Positions 45,302 to 56,687 are shown, counted from the first letter of the stretch. The stretch: DNA of 64,000 nt from Rebecca billardiae RCC1528 (GCA_965240325.2 OZ251242.1:992001-1056000); one strand, 5' to 3'. Program-made: numbers and translations. The notes: a model not told the origin generated them from the sequence alone.

Positions 45302-47129
45302 GGCCGCGCCCGCCTGCCGTCGCCGTGCTGCTCTTCGGCTCGGCGCGTCACGGCCGCGAGCAGACTTGCCGCTCGCGACGCCAGCTTCCAACGTTCACCA
45401 CAGTAGACTGAGTGAGCAGCGCGCCCGCGGGCGCCACCGTGGCGGCTTGCCGGGCCGGGCCGCGCTGCGACAGCCGCCGGCGCAGTCAGGCTGTCAGCGA
45501 TGGTCGCGACCGTTCGCGACTACGACGCGCCGCGCGCGCATCATGATCACGTATGATGAGCGCACTACGCCTATGTACGGCTACCGGCTGCGCACGCGTT
45601 GCTAAAGAAATCCGAAGTAGAAATCCGCACGAGAAAATTCGGGGCGATGGCCGACGCGACGGGAGTGGTGGGTTTGGCAGTCCGCGGCGGTTATCGCGTT
45701 ATGACTGCCGCGTCGCTGCTCCGCCGCCGCCCGTGCCCCTCCCCGCTAGGTGGGCGTATACCTGGCCGGACGCGGGCTCGGCGCTCGCAGCGGCATCGCC
45801 GGAGTGACCGCACGGTGACGAGATGTGAGTCGGAAGCAGCTCGCCTTTGCGGCGCGGGTACCAAGCGGAAAGTGAGCGTACCTGCAGGAGGGCCGACCCT
45901 CGGCGTGACAGGCGCACCTTCGGGGCCGGTCAGGGCAGCCCACGTCGTGCAGCCGACCGCTTCCGCCGCGACTGCCCCCCGGCGCACCCTGCCCCGGCCG
46001 ACGCCTGAGCACAGCGGCCCCGCCCGGGCCCGGGGCCCCCGGGCGGCAGGCCGCGGCGGCGCCGGCACACTCACGGACAGCCAGCGGCGCTCCTCCGCCT
46101 CCTTCGCTCCCCGTTCCTCGTTGTCCCCCCCTGGCGTGGTGCGCGTGCATCACGCTCGAACTCTCACGATGCTGCTTCGGCGTCCTTCTGCGGCGGCATC
46201 CGACGGTCGTGCGCACTGCGAGGCGGAGCGCGAGGTGCTGGGCACTGCCGTCCGTCGTGCTCCCTCCTCCTCATGGCCCACTGCTTTACTCGAGGGGAAC
46301 GCTCAGCGCCTTCTGCTTCTCTCATCCGCTCGTGCGCGACCACGCTTGTGCTGGGTGTCCTTCTGAGGCGTCCGGTGGCCGGGCGCACATCGGGGACGCA
46401 CATCGGGGTGGTAAGTGAGGTGCCGGTGCGCTGCCGTCCGTCGTGCGCGCTCCTCGCTCATCTCCACCTGCTTCGCTCGAGCGTGGGCGCGCTCGGCGCT
46501 GTCTGCCTCGCTCGCGCGCGAGCGCATTTTGGCGCTGGACGAGACTCGTGCGCATCCATGCTGCTTCTGCGTCCATCGGCAGCGTCCGGCGGCTGGGCGC
46601 ACGGCGGGGCGGCGCCAGCGGGCGTGTGTCGGGCACGCTCCACGCTCCTCACCAGCTGCTGCGCGCTCGCGGGGGCGTACTCAACAACACGCTCCTCACC
46701 AGCTGCTGCGCGCTCGCGGGGGCGCGCTCAACAACACCTTCTGCCCTTCGTCCGAGCTGGAGCGCATGTCGGCGGCGCGGGCAGTGAGCGCACACATGCT
46801 ACTTCGGCGTCCCGTTCTCGGCCATCTGTTGGGCGGCCGGCGGGGCGGCGCGTGAGGTGTCGTTGCGCTGTCGTCCGTCGGGCACACTCGTCGCTCATCA
46901 CCTTCTACTTCGCTTGAGCGGAACCGCGCGCTTCATCACCTTCGATCTGCCCCCCGCTCGAGCGAGCGCGCTTCTTCGGCGCGGGCCCCTCGGGGCGCAA
47001 CAGCGGAGCCGCGCGCGCTCCGCGTGTTCGCGCTCGCCGCACGCCGCTGCCGCGCTGCAAGCACGCCGCCGCCACTCGCCGCCGCACGACTCACCCTTCT
47101 CTACAGCTCGCCGTCGCTCACTCGCGCGT

Positions 47130-47205
47130 CTATCTGTCTATCTATCTGTCTATCTATCTGTCTATCTGTCTATCTGTCTATCTGTCTATCTGTCTATCTG
47201 TCTAT
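47130..47205. repeat. (CTAT/CTGT)n tetranucleotide microsatellite
   Basis: Directly visible. Confidence 0.9.
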
Positions 47206-47260
47206 CCCTCGCGCGCGCGCCGATCATCATGCGCCGATCATCGTGTGCGCACCCTATCTT

Positions 47261-47917
47261 CTCCGCGCGTCACTTGCGCCTATCTCATCTCCGCGCGTTA
47301 CTTGCGCCTACTATCTACTTCTCCGCGCGTTACTTGCGCCTGTCTCCGCGCGTCACTTGCGCCTATCTACTTCTCCGCGCGTTACTTGCGCCTACTATAT
47401 CTACTTCCCCACGCGTTACTTGCGCCTGTCTCCGCGCGTCACTTGCGCCTATACCTCCTCCGCGCGTTACTTGCGCCTATACTATCTACTTCTCCGCGCG
47501 TTACTTGCGCCTGTCTCCGCGCGTTACTTGCGCCTACTATATCTTCTCCGCGCGTTTACTTGCGCCTATCTTCTCCGCGCGTTACTTGCGCCTGTCTCCG
47601 CGCGTTACTTGCGCCTACTATATCTTCTCCGCGCGTTACTTGCGCCTATCTTCTCCGCGCGTTACTTGCGCCTGTCTCCGCGCGTTGCTTGCGCCTACTA
47701 TATCTTCTCCGCGCGTTTACTTGCGCCTATCTTCTCCGCGCGTTACTTGCGCCTGTCTCCGCGCGTTACTTGCGCCTACTATATCTTCTCCGCGCGTTAC
47801 TTGCGCCTATCTTCTCCGCGCGTTACTTGCGCCTATCTCCTCCGCGCGTTACTTGCGCCTATGTCCTCCGCGCCTATCGTCTCCGCGCGCATCTTCTCCG
47901 CGCGTCACTCGCACCTG
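47261..47917 (+). repeat. Minisatellite of about 22 full and 3 degenerate copies of CTCCGCGCGTTACTTGCGCCT, with a 3-unit higher-order period
   Basis: 21-bp core separated by 2-13-nt linkers. Every third linker is GT, giving a super-unit of about 80 bp. Confidence 0.95.
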
Positions 47918-50325
47918 TCTTCTCATGCGCGCGCGCCGATCATCATCATGTGCGCGCGCCGATCATCACTTCGTGCTCAGCGTAACCATCGCATCATCAT
48001 CCGGGTGCCGAGCGTGCCATCATCGCACACACCTTTCGGCGCGCTTACATGGGCGTACGTGGTGTCTGTGGCCGGGGCGTGGGGGACGACGTCGTCGGCG
48101 GGCTGGCGTTGATACCCGCGCGCGCCGATCATCATTCGTGCTCCGCGCAACCATCATCATCATTCGGGTGCCGAGTGCGCCATCCTCGCGCGCACCTTTC
48201 GGCGCGCTTACATGGGTGTACGTGGTGTCTGTGGCCGGGGTGTCGGGGACGACGTTGTCGGCGGGCCGGCGTTGATACCTGCGCCGCGTGGCGGCTCTGG
48301 CGGATGCAGCTCTCGCCGGTCGGCTGCCACTGCAGCGGGGCGCGCGCGCTGCTGGGCGTTTTCGGGCGCGAAAAGCGACGTGGCCCGCTGGCCACCTGCG
48401 GCGCTTTCACCTGGCCTTGGTCTTCCTCGCTCGTCACCTTCTGCGTCGCTCGAGCGCGCACGCGCTCATCGTCGTCAATCACCTCCTGTCTATCGCTCGA
48501 ACCGCTGCTTTCCGTTCCGTTCCGTTTCTACGCGCGTTCCTTTCCTCACGCCGAGCGTGCCTGGCCCTTCCCGCCACGCGCCACGCGTTCCTCTCCCATT
48601 CCTGTGCCATCTTCCTCACTCATCACCTCCTGCTTCGCTCGAGCGCTCGAACGTGGTCGCGTTCATCGTCAATCGCCTTGTGCCTCTCGCGCGAGCCGTT
48701 GCGGCGAATTCGTCACGCGCGCGCATGGTCATGCGCGCGCGCCGATCATCGCGTGACGATCATCATGCGCGCGCACCGACCAGCGCCGATCATCATGCGC
48801 GCGCGCCGTCATGCGCGCGCGCCGAGTATCATGCGCCGTTTATCATGCGCGCGCTCCGATCCGTCCGCGCGTGCACCGCTCATCGTGCGCGCGCACCGAT
48901 CGTCATTCGTGCGCCGCACGGCCATCACCATTCGCGCACCGTGCGCGTCACCTCGCACGCCCCTTTTCGGCGCGCTTTCACGGGCGCTCGTGCGGTCTGC
49001 AGGCGCGTGGTTGACGACGTTGTCGGCAAGCCGACGTCGATACCTGCGCCTCATGTCGGCTCGGGTGTGTTCCGCGACGGCTCGGGCGCATGCGCTCTCG
49101 CCGGCCGGCGGCGGCGGCGGCGGTGCGCGCGTGCTGCTGGGCGGTTTCGTCGGGCAAGTGGACGGCGTGGCCTGCGGGTCACCTGCAGCGCTTCGCCTGG
49201 CCTGTGCCGGCGCGCGACGACGGGCGGGTTACGCCAGTGGTCCTGTGGTCCGCCGGTCGCTGCGGGCTCTCGGCGACCTCTGGCAGGGGCTGAGCGCTGG
49301 GGGGGAGGGGGGGGGGGCACCCAGTCCGCCGCTCCGCGGCCTCACACCGGCGGCGTGCGGCGTGGTGGTGGGCAGGGCGCTGCGCCTCTGGGGGTCGGGG
49401 CCGGGCCTGGCCTCGGCCGCGCCGGCCGACGCCGGCCACGCCGGCGTGGCGCCTGGCGCTGCGCCTCTTTGGGCGGGCGCTGCCTCGCCGCCCTGCCCCC
49501 CCCCGTGGCGACTGGCGGCCCCAGGCAACCCCTGCATCCGCCTATCGTAAACACCGGATCGCCAGAAGGAGCGCGACGCGCGCGCGGTTATGGGGCGATG
49601 GCCGACGCGACGGGAGTGGTGGGTTTGGCAGTCCGCGGCGGTTATCGCGTTATGACTGCCGCGTCGCTGCTCCGCCGCCGCCCGTGCCCCTCCCCGCTAG
49701 GTGGGCGTATACCTGGCCGGACGCGGGCTCGGCGCTCGCAGCGGCATCGCCGGAGTGACCGCACGGTGACGAGATGTGAGTCGGAAGCAGCTCGCCTTTG
49801 CGGCGCGGGTACCAAGCGGAAAGTGAGCGTACCTGCAGGAGGGCCGACCCTCGGCGTGACAGGCGCACCTTCGGGGCCGGTCAGGGCAGCCCACGTCGTG
49901 CAGCCGACCGCTTCCGCCGCGACTGCCCCCCGGCGCACCCTGCCCCGGCCGACGCCTGAGCACAGCGGCCCCGCCCGGGCCCGGGGCCCCCGGGCGGCAG
50001 GCCGCGGCGGCGCCGGCACACTCACGGACAGCCAGCGGCGCTCCTCCGCCTCCCGCCCGCCCTCCCTGGCGTGGGATCGCCGCGCTGGGGTGGGTGCGGC
50101 TTGAGTCAGCGTCCACGGGGGGGGCGATGTGCTGCCGGGCGGGCGCTGCCTCGCCGCCCTGCCCCCCCCCGTGGCGACTGGCGGCCCCAGGCAACCCCTG
50201 CATCCGCCTATCGTAAACACCGGATCGCCAGAAGGAGCGCGACGCGCGCGCGGTTATGGCCAACGATCATCGCATGCTCATCGAGAAATTCGACCGCGCT
50301 CGCGGGCATTCAGCCTCGCGACGAC

Positions 50326-52155
50326 ATGGAGCCCTCGCGCAAGCGCTCGCTCGCGGACGACGGCGCCGCCGCCGCGTCCCCATTCTTCGAGATGCCGTGC
50401 GCGCTGTGCGGCGATCGTATTGGGAGCCAGCCGTGGGCGCATCTCGCGTGCAGCGAGGAGCACGTCGCGCACAACGTGTGCCTCTTCCAGCGCGCGCTCG
50501 CGTCCGAGCGCTGCGTCGTGCGGTGCGGCCGGCCGGGGTGCAAGCGCGTGACGAAGGCGGCGTCGGCGAGGACGCAGTACGACGGCATTCACGAGCTGGG
50601 CACTCTGCGCCATGTCGCCGTCGCGACGTGCACAGGCTGCGCCGAGCCGAACGAGTCGACAGCCGCGCAGCGCGAGCCGCCGCCCAGCGACATTGCGGGA
50701 ATGCCGACAGGGACAGCAGGCCTCACGCTGTGCGACCTGCCGACGGACGTGGTCGCGCGCATCCTCGGCTGGCTCGAGCGTGCGCATGATCTGGCCAGCG
50801 CCAACGGCACCTCGCGCCTCTTCCGCGGCGCGCCTGGCGAGCGCTCGCCGGTGGAGCACGCACTGCTCGAGCGCGCGCAGCAGCGTGGGCATGAGGGCGC
50901 GCTGCCGGCGGCTCTCCCCGCGCACGCGTGCTCGTGGCGGGCGGAGCTGTTCGCGCGCGAGCGTGTGCTGGAGCATGCGGATGCGCACGTGTGCGTGGGC
51001 GTATGCGGCAGCGCGTCCGCTGCGGGTGGGGCTTTCAGCGCGTTTGTGGACGCATCGGGCGGGCTGCACACATGCGGCGAGGAGTCTGGTGAGACAGGGC
51101 TGTGCGCGCCCGCTGCACTGGGCCATCCGGAGCTGCGCGACTCGGCCGTTCTCGTGCCGACGCGCGTGGCATCGCTCTCGGCGGTGCGCGTGCGTGCGAT
51201 GGCCGCTGGCTACCGACACCTGCTCGCGCTGAGCGACGGTGGTGCCGTGTACGCGTGCGGTCAGAATGACTACGGCCAGCTGGGCCTGGGCGACAAGCAG
51301 GCGCGCCGTGTCTTCACCGCGCTGGGCATGAGCAGCATGGGGCTCGTCGTGGGCATCGCCGCTGGTGGGAATCACAGCCTCGCGCTCAGTGCTGCGGGCG
51401 GCGTGTACAGCTGGGGATGGAACGAGTACGGCCAGCTCGGCCACGGCGACGTTGAGGACCGGCTGGAGCCTGTGCGCATCGAGGCGCTGGACGGTGTGCG
51501 CGTGGGCGGCATGTCCGCGGGCTGCGGGCACACGCTGCTGCTGTCGACGAGCGGCGCCGTGTACTCGTGCGGGTGGGGCGCCGCAGGCAACCTCGGGCAT
51601 GGCGACCAGCAAACTCTGCGCACGCCTTGGCGCATCGAGGCGCTGGCGGGCGTGCGCGCCGTGCACGTGAGCGCAGGCGATCAGCACTGCCTGGTGGTGG
51701 ATGCCACTGGCGGTGTGCACTCGTTCGGGCGTGGGATGCGTGGTTGCCTTGGCCATGGTGATTATTCCAACGTGCTCGTGCCCAGGCGCATCGAGGCGCT
51801 GCAGGGCGTGCGCATCGTGCGCGCCAGCGCGGGCTGGTGCAGCAGCGCGGTGATGTGCGCGGACGGCAGCGTGTACACGTTTGGCTACAACGCGCACGGC
51901 CAGCTCGGCATCGGCTCAGCTGGTTGGAATCAGCTGCTTCCGGTGCGCGTGCACGCCCCAGCGCACGGCCAGCTGGTGGACTACTTTCTCGACTACTGCC
52001 AGGCGCTTTGGATCACGTCAGACGGCGGCGCGTACTCGTGTGGCAGGCAGTCTGCAGCGCTCGGCCATGGCGTGAGCTCTGCCGAGTGGGTGGACGAGCT
52101 CGTCTCTCCTGCGCGGATTGCGCAGCTGCCACCGCTGCTGCGCCGGGGTGCGTAG
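50326..52155 (+). CDS. RING-like/F-box/RCC1-repeat protein, copy 5 (609 aa)
   Basis: Same architecture; first gene of the second array. Confidence 0.9.
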   Translation: MEPSRKRSLADDGAAAASPFFEMPCALCGDRIGSQPWAHLACSEEHVAHNVCLFQRALASERCVVRCGRPGCKRVTKAASARTQYDGIHELGTLRHVAVATCTGCAEPNESTAAQREPPPSDIAGMPTGTAGLTLCDLPTDVVARILGWLERAHDLASANGTSRLFRGAPGERSPVEHALLERAQQRGHEGALPAALPAHACSWRAELFARERVLEHADAHVCVGVCGSASAAGGAFSAFVDASGGLHTCGEESGETGLCAPAALGHPELRDSAVLVPTRVASLSAVRVRAMAAGYRHLLALSDGGAVYACGQNDYGQLGLGDKQARRVFTALGMSSMGLVVGIAAGGNHSLALSAAGGVYSWGWNEYGQLGHGDVEDRLEPVRIEALDGVRVGGMSAGCGHTLLLSTSGAVYSCGWGAAGNLGHGDQQTLRTPWRIEALAGVRAVHVSAGDQHCLVVDATGGVHSFGRGMRGCLGHGDYSNVLVPRRIEALQGVRIVRASAGWCSSAVMCADGSVYTFGYNAHGQLGIGSAGWNQLLPVRVHAPAHGQLVDYFLDYCQALWITSDGGAYSCGRQSAALGHGVSSAEWVDELVSPARIAQLPPLLRRGA

Positions 52156-52601
52156 CACTCGGACTCGGTACACGGTGGCGCGGAGCCAATAAGTCGCAAC
52201 CGGCCGGCGCGTGAGACTCGTGGTAGCCGCCGATGGAGACGCAGCCGGCGGCCGGCGTGACGGCACTCGTGAGCCGTATCTAGTGATGCCAGTGGCAGTG
52301 AGCAAACGCGGGTGCTCCGGCTGTCCGAGCAGGCAACAGCACATGACACTGATGAACGCAGCCTTAGTACCCCCATGATACAGTATGACAGTACAGTATC
52401 TAACAAGCGGGCCGCCGCGATACAGTCGTCAGACAGTAGCTACTGTGCACGTTAAAACATAGAGTAGTAGTATAGTAAACTGTAGCTACGCTGTACAATC
52501 GAAGACTACGAAATCCGTTGCCCATCAACGGAACGGTCATCGTGATCATCAACTGATCATGAACACACCGCGCGCAGCGCCGAGCTCCCGCTCCGGACGA
52601 C

Positions 52602-54395
52602 ATGGAGCCCTCGCGGAAGCGCTCGCGCGCGGACGATTGCGCCGCCGCCGTGTCCCCGGTCTTCGAGGTGCCGTGCGCGCTGTGCGGCGATCGCATTGGC
52701 AGCCAGCCGTGGGCGCAGCTCGCGTGCGGCGACGAGCACGTCGCACACAACGTGTGCCTCTTCCAGCGCGCGCTCGCGTCCGAGCGCTGCGTTGTGCGGT
52801 GCGGCCGGCCGGGGTGCAAGCGCGTGACGAAGGCGGCGTCGGCGAGGACGCAGTACGACGGCATTCACGAGCTGGGCACTCTGCGCCATGTCGCTGCCGC
52901 GACGTGCACAGGCTGCGCCGCGCCGAATGAGTCGACAGCCGTGCAGCACGATCTGCCATGCCACGACGTTGCCACTGTCACGCTGTGTGACCTGCCGTCG
53001 GACGTGATCTCGCGCATTCTCGGCTGGCTCGAGTGCGCGCAGGATCTGGCCAGCCTGAACGGCACCTCGCGCCTCTTCCGCGGCACGCCTGCCGGCCGCT
53101 CGCTGGTGGAGCACGCGCTGCGCGAGCGCGCGCGCCAGCGCGGGCATGAGGGCGCGCTGCCACCGCCTCCCTCGTGGCGGGCGGAGCTGTTCGCGCGCGA
53201 GCGCGTGCTCGAGCTTGCGGCTGCGCACGCGTGCGTGGCTGGGTGTGGCACTGATGAGGATGAACTTGTGACTTTGAGCGCGTTCGTGGATGCATCGGGC
53301 GGGCTGCACACGTGTGGTGAGGAGTCTAGTGAGACAAGGCTGTGCACGCCCGCTGCGCTGGGCCATCCGGAGCTGCGTGGCTCAGCCGTCCTCGTGCCGA
53401 CGCGCGTGGCATCGCTCTCTGCGGTGCGCGTGCGTGCGGTGGCCGCTGGCTACCGACACCTGCTCGCGCTGAGCGACGGTGGGGCCGTGTACTCCTGTGG
53501 TGAGAATGGCCACGGCCAGCTGGGCCTGGGCGACAAGGAGACGCGCCGTGTCTTCACCGCGCTGGGCATGAGCAGCATGGGGCTCGTCGTGGGCATCGCC
53601 GCTGATGCATACCACAGCCTTGCGCTCAGTGCTGCGGGTGGTGTGTACAGCTGGGGAATGAACCACAGCGGCCAGCTCGGCCACGGCGACACTGAGGACC
53701 GGCTGGAGCCTGTGCGCATCGAGGCGCTGGACGGTGTGCGTGTGGGTGGCATGTCTGCGGGCAGCTGGCACACGCTGCTGCTGTCGACGAGCGGCGCCGT
53801 GTACTCGTGCGGTGTCGGCGACGATGGCCGCCTCGGGCATGGCAACCAGCAAGATCTGCTTACGTCGCAGCGCATCGAGGCGCTGGAGGGCGTGTGCGCC
53901 GTGCACGTCAGCGCGGGCGACGATCACAGCCTGGTGGTGGATGCCACGGGCGGTGTGCACTCGTTCGGGCGTGGGACGTGTGGTTGCCTTGGCCATGGTG
54001 ACGAGTCCGCCACACTCGTGCCCAGGCGCGTCGAGGCGCTGCAGGGCGTGCGCATCGTGCGCGCCAGCGCAGGCTGTTTCAGCAGCGCGGTGATGGGCGC
54101 GGACGGCAGCGTGTACACGTTTGGCTCCAACACAAGCGGCCAGCTCGGCATCGGCTCAGCTGGTGCAGATCAGCTGCTTCCGGTGCGCGTGCACGCCCCA
54201 GCGCACGGCCATCTGGTGGACTGCTTTCCCGAGTACCGCCAGGCGCTTTGGATCACTGCAGACGGCGGCGCGTACTCATGTGGCAGGCAGACGGCCGCGC
54301 TCGGCCACGGTGTGAGCTCTGACGACGGGGTGGACGACCTCGTCTCTCCTGCGCGGATTGCGCAGCTGCCACCCCTGCGGCGCCGGGGTGCGTAG
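52602..54395 (+). CDS. RING-like/F-box/RCC1-repeat protein, copy 6 (597 aa)
   Basis: Same architecture; subgroup linker VQHDLPCHDVAT. Confidence 0.9.
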   Translation: MEPSRKRSRADDCAAAVSPVFEVPCALCGDRIGSQPWAQLACGDEHVAHNVCLFQRALASERCVVRCGRPGCKRVTKAASARTQYDGIHELGTLRHVAAATCTGCAAPNESTAVQHDLPCHDVATVTLCDLPSDVISRILGWLECAQDLASLNGTSRLFRGTPAGRSLVEHALRERARQRGHEGALPPPPSWRAELFARERVLELAAAHACVAGCGTDEDELVTLSAFVDASGGLHTCGEESSETRLCTPAALGHPELRGSAVLVPTRVASLSAVRVRAVAAGYRHLLALSDGGAVYSCGENGHGQLGLGDKETRRVFTALGMSSMGLVVGIAADAYHSLALSAAGGVYSWGMNHSGQLGHGDTEDRLEPVRIEALDGVRVGGMSAGSWHTLLLSTSGAVYSCGVGDDGRLGHGNQQDLLTSQRIEALEGVCAVHVSAGDDHSLVVDATGGVHSFGRGTCGCLGHGDESATLVPRRVEALQGVRIVRASAGCFSSAVMGADGSVYTFGSNTSGQLGIGSAGADQLLPVRVHAPAHGHLVDCFPEYRQALWITADGGAYSCGRQTAALGHGVSSDDGVDDLVSPARIAQLPPLRRRGA

Positions 54396-54887
54396 CGGAC
54401 TCGGTGCGCGGTGCCGGTGGCGCGGAGCCAAGTCGCAACCGGCCGGCGCGTCGGCGTGCTCGTGGCAGCTGCCGATGGAGACGCAGGCGGCGCGTGACGG
54501 CACGTGAGCCGTGTAGTGATGTCAGTGAGCAAACGCGGGTGCTCCGGCTGTCCGACGAGCAGGCAACAGCACATGACCATGATGAACGCCTTAGTACCCC
54601 CATACAGTATGAGTATCTAACAAGCGGGCAGCCACGATACAGTCGTCAGACAGTACTGTGCACGTTAAAACATAGTAGTACAGTTTACTAATAAGAATTA
54701 AGAGACGCACACAGCTCAGGCAGGCGAGATTGACGCCCGCCAACTGTCACCGCCCATAGTAAACTGTACGCTGTACAATCGACGACGAAATCCGTCGCCC
54801 AACCCGAACGGTCATCGTGATCAACTGACCATCATGATCATGAACAACACCGCACGCAGCGCCGAGCTCCCGCGCGCTCCGGACGAC

Positions 54888-56687
54888 ATGGAGCCCTCGC
54901 GGTCGCGCAAGCGCTCGCGCGCGTGCGACGGCGCCGCCGCCGCGTCCCCGGTCTTCGAGGTGTCGTGCGCGTTGTGCGGCGATCGCATTGGCAGCCAGCC
55001 GTGGGCGCAGCTCGCGTGCGGCGACGAGCACGTCGCACACAACGTGTGCCTCTTCCAGCGCGCGCTCGCGTCCGAGCGCTGCGTCGTGCGGTGCGGCCGG
55101 CCGGGGTGCAAGCGCGTGACGAAGGCGGCGTCGGCGAGGACGCAGTACGACGGCATTCACGAGCTGGGCACTCTGCGCCATGTCGCCGTCGCGACGTGCA
55201 CAGGCTGCGCCGCGCCGAATGAGTCGACAGCCGTGCAGCACGATCTGCCATGCCACGACGTTGCCACCATCACGCTGTGTGACCTGCCGATGGACGTGAT
55301 CTCGCGCATTCTCGGCTGGCTCGAGTGCGCGCAGGATCTGGCCAGCCTGAACGGCACCTCGCGCCTCTTCCGCGGCACGCCTGCCGGCCGCTCGCCGGTG
55401 GAGCACGCGCTGCGCGAGCGCGCGCGCCAGCGCGGGCATGAGGGCGCGCTGCCGGCGCCTCCCTCGTGGCGGGCGGAGCTGTTCGCGCGCGAGCGCGTGC
55501 TCGAGCTTGCGGCTGCGCACGCGTGCGTGGCTGGGTGTGGCACTGATGAGGATGAACTTGTGACTTTGAGCGCGTTCGTGGATGCATCGGGCGGGCTGCA
55601 CACGTGTGGTGAGGAGTCTAGTGAGACAGGGCTGTGCACGCCCGCTGCGCTGGGCCATCCGGAGCTGCGTGGCTCAGCCGTCCTCGTGCCGACGCGCGTG
55701 GCATCGCTCTCGGCGGTGCGCATGCGTGTGGTGGCCGCTGGCTACCACCACCTGCTCGCGCTGAGCGACGGTGGGGCCGTGTACTCCTGTGGTGAGAATG
55801 GCCACGGCCAGCTGGGCCTGGGCGACAAGGAGACGCGCCGTGTCTTCACCGCGCTGGGCATGAGCAGCATGGGGCTCGTCGTGGGCATCGCCGCTGGTGC
55901 ATACTACAGCCTTGCGCTCAGTGCTGCGGGTGGTGTGTACAGCTGGGGATCGAACGATCACGACCAGCTTGGCCACGGCGACACTGAGGACCGGCTGGAG
56001 CCTGCGCGCATCGAGGCGCTGGACGGTGTGCGCGTGGGCGGCATGTCCGCGGGTGGCGTGCACACACTGCTGCTGACCATGGGCGGTGCCGTGTACTCGT
56101 GCGGTGACGGCAGAGCAGGCCGCCTCGGGCATGGCAACCAGCAAAGTCTGCGCACGCCTCAGCGCATCGAGGCGCTGGAGGGCGTGCGCGCCGTGCACGT
56201 GAGCGCGGGCGACACTCACAGCCTGGTGGTGGATGCCACGGGCGGTGTGCACTCGTTTGGGCGTGGCTCGTTTGGCTGCCTTGGCCATGGTGATGACTCC
56301 GACGCACTCGTGCCCAGGCGCATTGATGCGCTGCACGGCGTGCGCATCGTGCGCGCCTGCGCGGGCACTGAGTGCAGCGCGGTGATGGGCGCGGACGGCA
56401 GCGTGTACACGTTTGGCTCCAACGACCACGGCCAGCTCGGCATCGGCTCAGCTGGTGCGGATCAGCTGCTTCCGGTGCGCGTGCACGCCCCAGCGCATGG
56501 CCAGCTGGTGGATTGCTTTCTCGAGTGGCGCCAGGCGCTCTGGATCACTGCAGACGGCGGCGCGTACTCATGTGGCAGGCAGACGGCCGCGCTCGGCCAC
56601 GGTGTGAGCTCTGACGACGGGGTGGACGACCTCGTCTCTCCTGCGCGGATTGCGCAGCTGCCACCCCTGCGGCGCCGGGGTGCGTAG
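54888..56687 (+). CDS. RING-like/F-box/RCC1-repeat protein, copy 7 (599 aa)
   Basis: Same architecture; MEPSRSRKRS start. Confidence 0.9.
   Translation: MEPSRSRKRSRACDGAAAASPVFEVSCALCGDRIGSQPWAQLACGDEHVAHNVCLFQRALASERCVVRCGRPGCKRVTKAASARTQYDGIHELGTLRHVAVATCTGCAAPNESTAVQHDLPCHDVATITLCDLPMDVISRILGWLECAQDLASLNGTSRLFRGTPAGRSPVEHALRERARQRGHEGALPAPPSWRAELFARERVLELAAAHACVAGCGTDEDELVTLSAFVDASGGLHTCGEESSETGLCTPAALGHPELRGSAVLVPTRVASLSAVRMRVVAAGYHHLLALSDGGAVYSCGENGHGQLGLGDKETRRVFTALGMSSMGLVVGIAAGAYYSLALSAAGGVYSWGSNDHDQLGHGDTEDRLEPARIEALDGVRVGGMSAGGVHTLLLTMGGAVYSCGDGRAGRLGHGNQQSLRTPQRIEALEGVRAVHVSAGDTHSLVVDATGGVHSFGRGSFGCLGHGDDSDALVPRRIDALHGVRIVRACAGTECSAVMGADGSVYTFGSNDHGQLGIGSAGADQLLPVRVHAPAHGQLVDCFLEWRQALWITADGGAYSCGRQTAALGHGVSSDDGVDDLVSPARIAQLPPLRRRGA

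Larger units (their letters stand above)
45641..50259 (+). mobile_element. Non-autonomous split-direct-repeat element (A...B-A-u-B), TOC1/PAT-like tyrosine-recombinase (DIRS order) retrotransposon
   Basis: A1 45641-46102 matches A2 49592-50053 (462 bp). B1 49471-49593 matches B2 50137-50259 (123 bp). B1 and A2 abut with a GG overlap; 83-bp unique segment at 50054-50136. No RT or recombinase ORF seen and no long TSD. Confidence 0.75.

Noticed and set aside
47261-47917. CRISPR-like array
   Set aside because: Linkers are only 2-13 nt and recur periodically rather than being unique spacers; there are no cas genes and the context is eukaryotic.
45599-50263. ORFs inside the split-repeat element (e.g. 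46857-48275, 48212-50104)
   Set aside because: Translations of repeats and low-complexity DNA with no gag, RT, RNase H or tyrosine-recombinase motifs.
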